Source: Vicinamibacterales bacterium
GTDB taxonomy: Bacteria; Acidobacteriota; Vicinamibacteria; Vicinamibacterales; UBA2999
Assembly (NCBI GenBank): GCA_040081715.1
Contig: JBEBFY010000003.1
Coordinates: forward strand, 6,524-70,523
Length of the DNA stretch: 64,000 nt
Reading direction: 5' to 3'
Under the pieces are notes generated by a model that ran no database searches, was not told where the DNA came from, and was given only the letters and a program-made list of their open reading frames with translations. Shown in pieces: positions 25,663-34,796 of the stretch. The translations under genes were made by a program, and so were the position numbers. Every line of letters starts with the position of its first letter. Within the stretch, counting starts at the first letter, position 1.

Positions 25663-28005
25663 ATGGCCTCTATCGCCCTCGACATCACCGGCATGACGTG
25701 CGCGGCCTGCCAGGCCAACGTGCAGCGCGCGCTGGCCCGGCAGCCGGGCGTGACCGATGCGTCGGTCAACCTCATGACCGGCGTGGCCACCGTCGACTGC
25801 GACCCGGCGACCGTGGCTCCCGCCACGCTCATCGAGGCGGTTGAGGCCATCGGCTACGGTGCCGCGGTCCCACCGGCTGAGCAGACCGCGATCGAGGCCG
25901 AGGTGCGGCGCGAGGGGCGGCAGCAGGATGAAGCCAGGGCACTGCTGCGACGGGCGGTGGTCAGCGTGACGCTCGGTGGGTTCGCCATGGTGGTCTCGAT
26001 GCCGCTGATGGTGCCGGCCACTGCACACGAGGGCCACGCCGCGGCGGATCCCTTCATGCGCTGGGCGATGCAGGCGTTGACGCCGGCGCTGCGGGCCATG
26101 CTGCCGGCGCTCTACGACGCGCCCAGGGAAGCGTTGCTCGCGACGCTGCTGCTGACGACACTGGTGGTCGTGCTCTGGGCGGGCCGGGATTTCTACGTGC
26201 ACGGCATGCGCGCGCTGGTGCACCGTGTGCCCGACATGAACTCGCTGGTGGCCGTTGGTACGGGCGCGGCGTTCCTCTATTCGCTCGTGGCCACCATCTG
26301 GCCGCAGATGCTCCTCAGCCGTGGCGTCATGCCTGACGTGTACTACGAGGCCGTCATCATCATCATCGCGCTGGTGCTGACAGGCCGGGCGCTGGAAGCC
26401 CGCGCGCGCGGACGCACTGCCCAGGCACTGCGCGGGCTCGTGGCGATGCAGCCGGCCAGGGCGCGACTGGTACGCGACGGCCGCGAAGAGGATGTCCCGC
26501 TGGAGCGCGTGCGCACGGGGGATGTGATCCGGGTGCGCCCAGGAGAGCGGGTGCCAGTGGACGGCGTCGTAACGGAGGGGTCCGCGGCGATGGACGAGTC
26601 GCTGCTGACCGGGGAGTCGATGCCGGTCACGCGCACGACGGGCGACACGGTGATCGGCGGCACGATCGCGGGTGGCGGGTCGCTCGTGGTCACGGCGACA
26701 GCCGTCGGCGGCAACAGCGTGCTGGCGCAGATCGTCCGGCTGATGCGCGACGCGCAGGGGTCGCGTGCGCCCATCCAGCACCTGGCGGACCGCGTCAGCG
26801 CCATCTTCGTGCCGGCCGTGATGGCCGCTGCGCTCCTGACCTTCATGGCCTGGCTGGCATTCGGGGGCACGGGTGTGCTGATGCAGGCGGCCGCGGCCGC
26901 CGTCTCCGTGCTCATCATCGCGTGCCCGTGCGCCATGGGGCTGGCCGTGCCCACCGCCGTCATGGTGGCCACGGGCCGTGGGGCGGCGCGCGGCATTCTG
27001 ATCAAGGGCGGCCAGGCGCTGCAGCGGGCCGGGGAAGTCACGACGGTCGTGCTTGACAAGACTGGCACGCTGACCGAGGGCCGGCCGGACGTGGTGGAGA
27101 CATGGGTCGGGCCGGGGGTGGATCCGGACGCCGTCCTGGGCGCCATTGCCGCGGTCGAACGGCTCTCGGAGCACCCGCTGGCGGGGGCCATAGTGCGTGG
27201 CGTGGCTGCTTCCCCTGCGACCGTGCCTGTCGAGGCGTTTGTCAGCGAGCCGGGCGGAGGCGTGTCGGCTCGCGTGGGAGGCCGGCGTGTCGTGGTTGGG
27301 AGCGCAGACTACGTGCGGTGGATGGGGATTGAGACGGCGGATGTGGATCTGGAAGCCGCACGACTGAGCCAGGGGGGCCGGACGGTGGTCGTGGGAGCAA
27401 TGGAGGCGAAGCCGGACGGACGGTGGGCCCTGGCGGCCTTCGCAATCGCGGACCGCCTGCGTCCGACATCACGGGAGGCGGTTGCCGCCCTGACGAGGCT
27501 GGGGCTCGAGGTCGTGATGCTGTCGGGTGACACGCAGATGACGGCTGAGGCGGTGGCCCGCGAGGCCGGCATCACCAGGGTCATCGCCGGTGTGCGGCCG
27601 GACGGCAAGGTGGCTGAGGTGCGACGGTTGCAGGAGGCTGGGGCCGTGGTCGCGATGGTGGGTGACGGCGTGAACGACGCGCCGGCCCTGGCCCAGGCCG
27701 ATGTGGGAATCGCCATGGCCAGCGGGTCCGATGTGGCGGTCGATGCGGCCGACATTGCCCTCATTCGGGGAGACCTGACTGGCGTCGTGGCGGCGATGCG
27801 ACTCTCGCGCCAGACCATGCGCACGATGCGCCAGAACCTGTTCTGGGCATTCGCGTACAACGTGGTCGGCATCCCCGTCGCGGCCGGGGTGCTCTATCCT
27901 GCGTTCGGGCTGCTGCTGAGTCCGATTCTTGCCAGCGCCGCCATGGCTGTCAGTTCGGTCAGCGTGGTCACCAACAGTCTCCGGCTTCGCCGGATGACGC
28001 TCTGA
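25663..28005 (+). CDS. copA: P1B-type heavy-metal (Cu+) translocating ATPase
   Basis: N-terminal HMA domain GMTCAACQANVQRAL, CPC motif (IIACPCAMGLAVP), DKTGTLT phosphorylation site, GDGVNDAP hinge, and YN...P and M..SS TM motifs of Cu+ pumps. Confidence 0.9.
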   Translation: MASIALDITGMTCAACQANVQRALARQPGVTDASVNLMTGVATVDCDPATVAPATLIEAVEAIGYGAAVPPAEQTAIEAEVRREGRQQDEARALLRRAVVSVTLGGFAMVVSMPLMVPATAHEGHAAADPFMRWAMQALTPALRAMLPALYDAPREALLATLLLTTLVVVLWAGRDFYVHGMRALVHRVPDMNSLVAVGTGAAFLYSLVATIWPQMLLSRGVMPDVYYEAVIIIIALVLTGRALEARARGRTAQALRGLVAMQPARARLVRDGREEDVPLERVRTGDVIRVRPGERVPVDGVVTEGSAAMDESLLTGESMPVTRTTGDTVIGGTIAGGGSLVVTATAVGGNSVLAQIVRLMRDAQGSRAPIQHLADRVSAIFVPAVMAAALLTFMAWLAFGGTGVLMQAAAAAVSVLIIACPCAMGLAVPTAVMVATGRGAARGILIKGGQALQRAGEVTTVVLDKTGTLTEGRPDVVETWVGPGVDPDAVLGAIAAVERLSEHPLAGAIVRGVAASPATVPVEAFVSEPGGGVSARVGGRRVVVGSADYVRWMGIETADVDLEAARLSQGGRTVVVGAMEAKPDGRWALAAFAIADRLRPTSREAVAALTRLGLEVVMLSGDTQMTAEAVAREAGITRVIAGVRPDGKVAEVRRLQEAGAVVAMVGDGVNDAPALAQADVGIAMASGSDVAVDAADIALIRGDLTGVVAAMRLSRQTMRTMRQNLFWAFAYNVVGIPVAAGVLYPAFGLLLSPILASAAMAVSSVSVVTNSLRLRRMTL

Positions 28006-28054
28006 CGGAACTGGCACCGAGTCGCCTGGCGTAGGGCGAGTCTGCCCCGAGCCG

Positions 28055-30358
28055 CTAATAGCGGAAGAGCCGGTTGATCTTGACGATGACGGCGCGGTTC
28101 TGCAGTTCCGGGAACCCCGGCGTCAACGTGTCGCGCTGGTCGTTGTAGACCACGAACAGTTCGCTGCCGGGCTGGTACTCCCATCGGAACCGGACGTTGG
28201 CCGACAGCGTGTTCGTGCCCGAGTTGTACTGGATGAGGGCGCTGGTGAACATGAGGGGCGTGACGGTGGCCGTCACGCGCGTGCCGACGACGGTCGTCGT
28301 GAAGGATCCTTCCTGCAGGTCCACCCAGTTGATCGAGGCGGTTGGCTCCACCGAGAGGTGCGCGGACATCTCGGTCCGGCCGCGGCTGATGCCAAGCGTG
28401 GTGCGCCGTCCTGAGTAGAACGAGCCTCGTTCGAGACTCAGGCTGCCGGAGACCGGGCGTTGCTGGCCGAAGGTGTAGGCCATGCGGGCGAAGCCGAAAT
28501 CGTAGGCGGCCACCGGCAGCGTGACGCTGCTGGAGATCCGGAACGGCCTGGGAAGAAACTCATAATTCGACGTGCCACTGACGCTGAGCCGGTCGCCGGT
28601 CTGCAGGTCCGCCGCGAACTCGGTGTCCGCCGTGCGGGTTTCGAGGCGGCCCCGTGAGTTCTCGATGTAGTTGACGGAGCTGGTCCAGAAGTACTTGCGC
28701 ACGCGCGTGGCCGTCTTCGGGCGGGGGCTGAAGCGGAACTGGCCGTAGGTCTTCCGCATATCCGGCCGACGGACGAAGCCGACGTCGGGCACGAAGTTCG
28801 CCCCGATATAGAGATGCTCGGCCTGCACACCGTACCGGTCCGAGGCGTAGTCGAGCTGGGTGCGATAGCTCTGGTCGCTGCCGCCTGCGCCGTCAATGTC
28901 GGTGCGGGCCCAGTACGAGTAGAGATTGAAGTCGGTGAAGAAGCTCAGCGAGCTGTCCACGGTGTAGAGCGTGTTGCCCGCCGCCCGCGTGTCGCCGCGC
29001 GATCGGCGGGTCACCATGGCGCCGGCGTTGCTGCGGCGCAGGAAGTCGCGGCGGACGCGCGCGACCGCGAAGTTGGTGGCCCGGGCGCCGCCCTGCGGGT
29101 CGTCGGCGGTCTGAATGTCGATGAAGCCGAGCGTGTACTGCCCGACGCGGCCCGTCAGCCGGCCGCCGCCGCGAATTGGCACGGCCCGGCCCTGCGCCAG
29201 GCCGATCCGGCGGCTGTAGAACAGCACTGGCGCATCGCCACCGCCGGCACCGCTGCCACCCGCCGCAATGCCCCCGATAGAGAAGGTGCCCTGATTCTCG
29301 AGGAAGAACTCGCGCTTCTCAGGGAAGAACAGGTTGAAGCGGGTCAGGTTGACCTGCGCGTCGTCGGCCTCGACCTGGGCGAAGTCCGTGTTGACCGTGA
29401 AGTCGGCGGACATCGACGGCGAGAGGGCGTACTTCACGTCGAGGCCCGCGGCGGCGTCGCCCTCGTTGTTCACGCGGGTGGCACGGTCGGTGGTCAGGCT
29501 TGCCGTGGCGAACGGCTTCACGTCGAGGTTGAGACCGGAGGGCGGCACCTCGAGGCCCACGAGCGTCGCCGCCCGCGACATCATGGCCACTGCCCCGGCG
29601 CCCCGCGCTGGCGGCATGGGGATGATGAAGGAGATCTCGTTCTTCCGGCGATTGGCGCGCATTGCCACCAGACCCCACACCTGCTCGCGCCCGGGCTGGG
29701 AGCGGATCGACTTGAAGGGGATGGCCATTTCCACCACCCAGCCGCCTTCAAACCGGCCGGTCTTGAAGCTCCAGATCGGGTTGGGGTCGTTCGAGACCGC
29801 CCGGTCGTTCGAGGACTGCCCATCCATCCGTCCGCCGATTGGCGAGACCGTGAAGAAGTTGCCGGTCCGGCGGTCGTGGACGGAGTCGAAGGACACGGCC
29901 ACGTATTCGTTCTGCGCGATGGCCAGGTTGTCGCGGCGTAGTTCGTTGGCGACCATCTGATCGAGGTGCTCCTCCCAGCAGCGGAAGGTCGCGTAGATAT
30001 TCTGGCCGTCGAAGAGAATCCACAGTTCGGTCTTCTGGGACGCCGGCGCGCCAGGGACCGGGTCGACCTGGTAGAAGGTGTCGATCGGCGGCGTGGCGGC
30101 GTAGATGGGTTCGTCGAGCCGGCCGTCGAGCTTGATCGGCGATGACGTGCGCACGGCACGGATCGTCGCCCGTCCCTCGGCGTCCCTGTTGATGACGGCC
30201 GGAGCCGTCGGGGCAGGGGGGCCGTCCCAGGTGGACTGGGCGGCAACGAGGGAGGGCACGAGCAGAAGCACGGCTGCGGCGAAGGCGCGATTCACGCAGA
30301 ACACCGTACCACGAGTGCCGCGGGTCGCTGACTGTCGCCCCGTGGTACCGCCGGCCAT
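28055..30358 (-). CDS. DUF5916/carbohydrate-binding-family-9-like secreted protein (paralog A)
   Basis: It has a signal peptide. Its beta-rich architecture aligns along its whole length with the protein at 44191-46413 (shared FDxxxDRxxGxxF, TDFAQVExDxxQxNLTRF and FFPEKRxFFLEN blocks). Confidence 0.7.
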   Translation of the reverse strand: MAGGTTGRQSATRGTRGTVFCVNRAFAAAVLLLVPSLVAAQSTWDGPPAPTAPAVINRDAEGRATIRAVRTSSPIKLDGRLDEPIYAATPPIDTFYQVDPVPGAPASQKTELWILFDGQNIYATFRCWEEHLDQMVANELRRDNLAIAQNEYVAVSFDSVHDRRTGNFFTVSPIGGRMDGQSSNDRAVSNDPNPIWSFKTGRFEGGWVVEMAIPFKSIRSQPGREQVWGLVAMRANRRKNEISFIIPMPPARGAGAVAMMSRAATLVGLEVPPSGLNLDVKPFATASLTTDRATRVNNEGDAAAGLDVKYALSPSMSADFTVNTDFAQVEADDAQVNLTRFNLFFPEKREFFLENQGTFSIGGIAAGGSGAGGGDAPVLFYSRRIGLAQGRAVPIRGGGRLTGRVGQYTLGFIDIQTADDPQGGARATNFAVARVRRDFLRRSNAGAMVTRRSRGDTRAAGNTLYTVDSSLSFFTDFNLYSYWARTDIDGAGGSDQSYRTQLDYASDRYGVQAEHLYIGANFVPDVGFVRRPDMRKTYGQFRFSPRPKTATRVRKYFWTSSVNYIENSRGRLETRTADTEFAADLQTGDRLSVSGTSNYEFLPRPFRISSSVTLPVAAYDFGFARMAYTFGQQRPVSGSLSLERGSFYSGRRTTLGISRGRTEMSAHLSVEPTASINWVDLQEGSFTTTVVGTRVTATVTPLMFTSALIQYNSGTNTLSANVRFRWEYQPGSELFVVYNDQRDTLTPGFPELQNRAVIVKINRLFRY

Positions 30359-30613
30359 ATGCGCCCGGGCAACGCTGAGCTACTTGCTCATGCACATCGG
30401 CCTCTGGTTCGAGGCACTGGAATCCGCCTTCAGTGTTGATGGCGGCACGCCGCTCTCCTTCCTCGCGGAGGTGCCCCGGCTCTCGGTCGAGTACGTCCCG
30501 CGCGATCCCAACTGGTCGCTCGCCTCGCCGGATATCTCGGCACAGCCGTCAGGGGAACGACATAGGCCTGGCCGCGGCGCTGGGTCTGCGCCGCTGATGC
30601 CCGGATGACGCCA

Positions 30614-31060
30614 TCAGCGCCGGGGTTCCAACTGCTGGAAGGTGATGGTGAGGACGACGGACGGCAGCGTCACTACGTGAAAGGGCGCGGTGATGACCTG
30701 CGCGAGGATGGCGTCCGCCTCTGGCCGATGCTCCACGAACTGCACGACGGCCCGATCGCCCTCTATCGTCACCCGGGTAATCTCCACTCGAAACCCCGCG
30801 GTCGGACGACTCCCGAGAAATACACCTACGGCCACCGAGCGCGAGAAGTCCACTTGCGGAGCGGGTTCCGAGCTATGCGCAGACCAGAGCGCCCGCCATT
30901 CCTCCACCGCTCGGACCGTCACCTGCCGGAATTCGCTGACGCCGCTGTCGGTCCCCTCCGCTACGGTCCTCGCCGCCAGATCCGGAAGGACGACCGGCTG
31001 CGGTGCCGCAAGGACCACCAGGGACAAGAGACCAATTCCTGCGTCAATCAGTAGCTGCAT
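30614..31060 (-). CDS. PrcB-like (protease complex subunit PrcB C-terminal domain) protein
   Basis: Signal/anchor N-terminus, then the pattern VDFSRSVAVGVFLGSRPTAGFRVEITRV...VVQFVE typical of PrcB_C. It is divergent from the S8 peptidase gene. Confidence 0.55.
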   Translation of the reverse strand: MQLLIDAGIGLLSLVVLAAPQPVVLPDLAARTVAEGTDSGVSEFRQVTVRAVEEWRALWSAHSSEPAPQVDFSRSVAVGVFLGSRPTAGFRVEITRVTIEGDRAVVQFVEHRPEADAILAQVITAPFHVVTLPSVVLTITFQQLEPRR

Positions 31061-31209
31061 CTGCCTCCCCCTGCGTCACTTCCCGCCCTTTCACCGTTCG
31101 GCCGGATGACTGCTAGTATCGGGCAGGGCGAGGGTTGACACCAGCGCATTCAGCGCCGACTAACGTAGGCACTGCCCCACGGGCCCACTGAATTCGGAGA
31201 GGACGTCAC

Positions 31210-33180
31210 ATGAGGAAGTTTCTAATCACCCTAGTCGGTGCCTTACTGGTGGCCGCCGCAGTCGGGCCGTATGTTCAGGCTCAGCGGCCGGGTAATGCCA
31301 TCGCCATCATGCAGGCCGTGGCGGACGGGCGCGCGAGCGCGAGCGAAGTGCTGATCCAGTTCCGTCCGGGTACCAACGCCTCGGATCAGCGCGACGCGCG
31401 CGGACTGGTGAACGCGCAGCGGAAGGAACTGCTGCGCGGCGGTCCGGATGGCGAGGTCGAGCTGGCAGAGCTGCCCTTCGGCGTGCCGCTGGGAAACGCG
31501 ATCGCGCTCCTCGCGCAGCACCCGAGGGTCGCGTTTGCGGAGCCGAACTGGATCTATCAGCATGAGGCGACGTCGAACGATCCGTATTTCACGGACGGCT
31601 CGCTTTGGGGCATGTACGGCCCCAGCCCTGCCCCGGCCCCGAACAACGCCTTTGGAAGCCGGGCGGCCGAAGCGTGGGCCGCCGGCTACACGGGCAGCAA
31701 TACCGTCGTCGTCGGCGTGATCGACGAAGGCATCAACTGGGCCCACGAGGATCTCGCGGCAAACATCTGGACGAACCCCGGTGAGACAGTCGATGGCATA
31801 GACAACGACGGCAACGGTTACGTGGACGATATTCGGGGCTGGGACTTCGTCAACAACGACAACAGCGTGTACGACGGCAACAGCTCACAGCTGAGTATTG
31901 ACGCGCACGGCACGCATGTCTCGGGAACGATCGGCGGCCAGGGTGGTAACGGGAAGGGTGTCGCGGGTGTGAACTGGAACGTCAAGATCATCTCAGCGAA
32001 GTTCCTCGGCACCAGCGGTGGGACCACGGCCAACGCCGTCAAGGCTGTGGACTATCTCACCAACCTCAAGACGCGGCACAACTTGAATCTGGTTGCGACG
32101 AGCAACTCCTGGGGCGGCGGCGGCTTTTCGCAGGCGCTGCTCGACGCCATCGAGCGGGCCGCGGATCAGAACATCCTCTTCATCGCGGCGGCCGGCAATT
32201 CGAGTTCGAACAACGACTCCACCGCCAGCTACCCCTCGAACTACGACACGACGGGCGGAACATCGCTGAATTACGACGCGGTGATTGCGGTCGCAGCGCT
32301 CGGCGGAAGCGGCACACTGGCGTCCTTCTCGAGTTACGGGGCCACCAAGGTGGACCTTGCAGCACCAGGCGTCGGCATCTACTCCTCGACGCCGGGGAAC
32401 CAGTACAGTTCCTACAGCGGGACGTCGATGGCGACACCGCACGTCACCGGCGCGGCGGCGCTTTACAGGTCAGTCAATCCCTCGGCGACTGCCGCACAGA
32501 TCAGGAGCGCCATTCTCGCCACGGTGACGCCGACCGCTGCCCTCAGCGGTATGGTCGCAACAGGTGGCCGGCTGAACGTCTGCGGTTTGCTCGGGGTGGC
32601 GGGGTGCACGCCTCCTCCTGTCGTTGCCCCCCCCACAAACCTTCTGGTCACCGGCGTGACTGGCCTTGCGGTCAGTCTCTCCTGGAACGCTTCTTCGGGC
32701 GCGGATTCCTATAACGTGCTGAGGTCGACGACGTCGGGTGGTCCCTACACGCTCGTGGCGCCCGGCGTTGTGGCGACTTCGTCCGTCGATACAGTCCCGG
32801 CTGCTGGGACGTACTACTACGTCGTGCAGGCCGTCGACGGCATTAATACCAGCGCATCCTCGAATCAGGTGTCGGCCTCGCCGGGGGTTCAGGTTCCCGC
32901 CGCACCGAGCAACCTGACCGTGACTGTGCCAAAGGGCAAGAAACAACTCTCGCTGTCGTGGCCGGTGTCGTCAGGCGCAACGAGTTACAGCATCTACCGA
33001 TGCGTTGGGACCTGCGGGACGGCCACCGTGCCACCGTTTTCAGCGCTCGGCAGCGTCACCGCCACGAGCGTCACGGTCACGGGGCTGCAGAGCGGTGTCC
33101 GGCACTACTTCTACGTGAGGGCGGTGAACGCGGCTGGCGCCGGCGCCCCGTCTCCCATCAAGTCTGGAACGCCGCGGTAA
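31210..33180 (+). CDS. secreted S8 (subtilisin-family) serine peptidase with two C-terminal fibronectin-III-like domains
   Basis: Catalytic triad contexts VVGVIDEGI (Asp), HGTHVSGTIGG (His) and GTSMATPHVTGAAAL (Ser). There is an I9-like propeptide. Two repeats of about 90 aa contain YNVLRSTTSGGPY and YSIYRC. Confidence 0.85.
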   Translation: MRKFLITLVGALLVAAAVGPYVQAQRPGNAIAIMQAVADGRASASEVLIQFRPGTNASDQRDARGLVNAQRKELLRGGPDGEVELAELPFGVPLGNAIALLAQHPRVAFAEPNWIYQHEATSNDPYFTDGSLWGMYGPSPAPAPNNAFGSRAAEAWAAGYTGSNTVVVGVIDEGINWAHEDLAANIWTNPGETVDGIDNDGNGYVDDIRGWDFVNNDNSVYDGNSSQLSIDAHGTHVSGTIGGQGGNGKGVAGVNWNVKIISAKFLGTSGGTTANAVKAVDYLTNLKTRHNLNLVATSNSWGGGGFSQALLDAIERAADQNILFIAAAGNSSSNNDSTASYPSNYDTTGGTSLNYDAVIAVAALGGSGTLASFSSYGATKVDLAAPGVGIYSSTPGNQYSSYSGTSMATPHVTGAAALYRSVNPSATAAQIRSAILATVTPTAALSGMVATGGRLNVCGLLGVAGCTPPPVVAPPTNLLVTGVTGLAVSLSWNASSGADSYNVLRSTTSGGPYTLVAPGVVATSSVDTVPAAGTYYYVVQAVDGINTSASSNQVSASPGVQVPAAPSNLTVTVPKGKKQLSLSWPVSSGATSYSIYRCVGTCGTATVPPFSALGSVTATSVTVTGLQSGVRHYFYVRAVNAAGAGAPSPIKSGTPR

Positions 33181-33195
33181 GCAGTGGCCGATCTC

Positions 33196-33237
33196 AGGCA
33201 CCGCAACCCCGCCCAGGCGTGCGGGGTTGCGGTGCCT
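33196..33237. terminator. 17-bp perfect stem-loop downstream of the S8 peptidase gene (no U-tract)
   Basis: AGGCACCGCAACCCCGC-8 nt-GCGGGGTTGCGGTGCCT, 16 nt after the stop codon. Confidence 0.5.
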
Positions 33238-33329
33238 GATTCCAGTCCGGCAAGCGCGGCGTGCCGTCTCACGCAGCGCCGGTTCCCAGAAGCACGAGTG
33301 TGGATGATGCGCGGCGGCCATACGAGAGA

Positions 33330-33625
33330 TCAGCGGCGGCTGGTGCTGGTGCTCGCCGCGTGCGCATCGCAGACCCCGACGGCTCCCACGGGGCCGGTCG
33401 GCAGTCCGCCGATGACGCCGGAATAGGTGAGCCTGAGCCCCGCCGGCGACTGACCGGAGGCGAGGTCCCACGCATACGGCAGCACGCCACCGGTGGCCGT
33501 GAGCGCCGCGGTGTAGTTCGAGCCGGTGGTGCGTCTGGCAGCGTGGCCGTGGTGATCGCGGGAGGCGCGGCGCTCCCCTTTTCGATCGTGAAGCGGAAAC
33601 CTTCTAATATTCCCCTAATCGTCAT
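33330..33625 (-). pseudogene. frameshifted fragment encoding a bacterial Ig-like (putative Ig / He_PIG-type) repeat
   Basis: Frame 1 gives MTIRGILEGFRFTIEKGSAAPPAITTATLPDA. After a shift near 33520, a second frame gives TTGSNYTAALTATGGVLPYAWDLASGQSPAGLRLTYSGVIGGLPTGP, which is the classic repeat consensus. There is no signal peptide and the C-terminus is truncated. Confidence 0.5.
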
Positions 33626-33910
33626 CGATGACTTAGGTCGTCCGAACTCGCCCCGCCAGCTTCGTGGACATCATGTCGACCTCCAATGGGTCGGCATCCT
33701 AGCTCTCCACTAAAGCCTGGGAACTCCAGAAGGTGGGTTCCATGAAAGCTCGGAGAGCTGCGCCTGTACGGCGACACGTGCGACCGGGTCGGATTCCGGG
33801 TGTACGGAGTGTCGGCATCACCAATGGCGCATCTGTGCGAGGCGGACGAGCGCACGTCGGTGGCCGGACCGCCGCAACGCCGCGCCCGCGCCCGCCGTTG
33901 CGTGCGGCGG

Positions 33911-34693
33911 CTACGCACTCGGTAGCACGATGGCCGCTTGCACGGGCACGTCACGGGCGTCGCCGGGGTAGTAGACGCGCTCCAGCAGCAGCCCGGACGC
34001 CGGTGCCGTGAGCTGTGCCGGGAGGGGAGAGTCCGAGGTCAGCAGGTCCGCCGCGCGCTCCGCCGTCAGCCGGCCCTTGCCCACCTCGACGAGGATGCCC
34101 ACCAGGCGCCGCACCAACTTCCAGATGAAGTGGGAGCCCTCGACGTGCACCAGGATGAGGTCCCCGTCCTCGTAGACATCCAGCGCGTCGAGTTGCACGG
34201 TAGTGGACTTCTCATCCGGGTCATCATCGGAAAAGCTCCGGAAGTCGTGAAACCCGATAAAGCGGGCCGCCGCCTGCTGCATGGCCGTCAGGTCGAGCGG
34301 CTCCTTCACCCACCAGACGACCTGCTTTGAGAACGCGGTCCTCCTCCGGGCGATCTGGTAGATGTAGCTTCTCGCCACTGCGTCGTGCCGCGCGTGGAAG
34401 CGGTGCGGAACGGCTTCCACAGCGAGGAGCACAATGTCAGAGGGCAGGGCCTCGTTCACGCGATCCTTCAGCGTGGATGGTGACAGGGTGGTCCGGATCT
34501 CGAGGTGCGCCACCTGGCGCAGGGCGTGCACGCCGGCATCGGTTCGACCTGAGCCGTACAGCTCGAATCCGTGGGCGCCGGTAGCCTCTCCGATGGCCCG
34601 CTCGATGTCGCCAGCCACGGTGCGGGCATTCTTCTGGATCTGCCAGCCGCTGTAGCGGGTGCCGTTGTACTCGATCGTCAGCTTGAAACGCAT
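33911..34693 (-). CDS. truA: tRNA pseudouridine(38-40) synthase TruA
   Basis: MRFKLTIEYNGTRYSGWQIQ start and catalytic Asp context GSGRTDAGVHALRQV. The ATG at 34693 is chosen over the track start at 34921. Confidence 0.85.
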   Translation of the reverse strand: MRFKLTIEYNGTRYSGWQIQKNARTVAGDIERAIGEATGAHGFELYGSGRTDAGVHALRQVAHLEIRTTLSPSTLKDRVNEALPSDIVLLAVEAVPHRFHARHDAVARSYIYQIARRRTAFSKQVVWWVKEPLDLTAMQQAAARFIGFHDFRSFSDDDPDEKSTTVQLDALDVYEDGDLILVHVEGSHFIWKLVRRLVGILVEVGKGRLTAERAADLLTSDSPLPAQLTAPASGLLLERVYYPGDARDVPVQAAIVLPSA

Positions 34694-34796
34694 GCTGCGG
34701 TTATCAAACCACACGAGGCCCTTGGGAGGCGCCTGGAGACGCGAGGGCGAGCGGGAGCTGCGCTTGGGACGCGGCTCTTCGGTATACTCCCGGGCC

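Noticed and set aside
24334-27174. 946-aa minus-strand ORF opposite cysN and copA
   Set aside because: It is an antisense shadow ORF with an Arg/His/Gly-rich product. The plus strand encodes textbook GTPase and P-type ATPase motifs.
33622-34011. Track ORFs 33622-33954 (minus) and 33733-34011 (plus)
   Set aside because: Their translations are Arg-rich, with no motif or codon-bias support. They overlap the truA 3' end and the terminator region.
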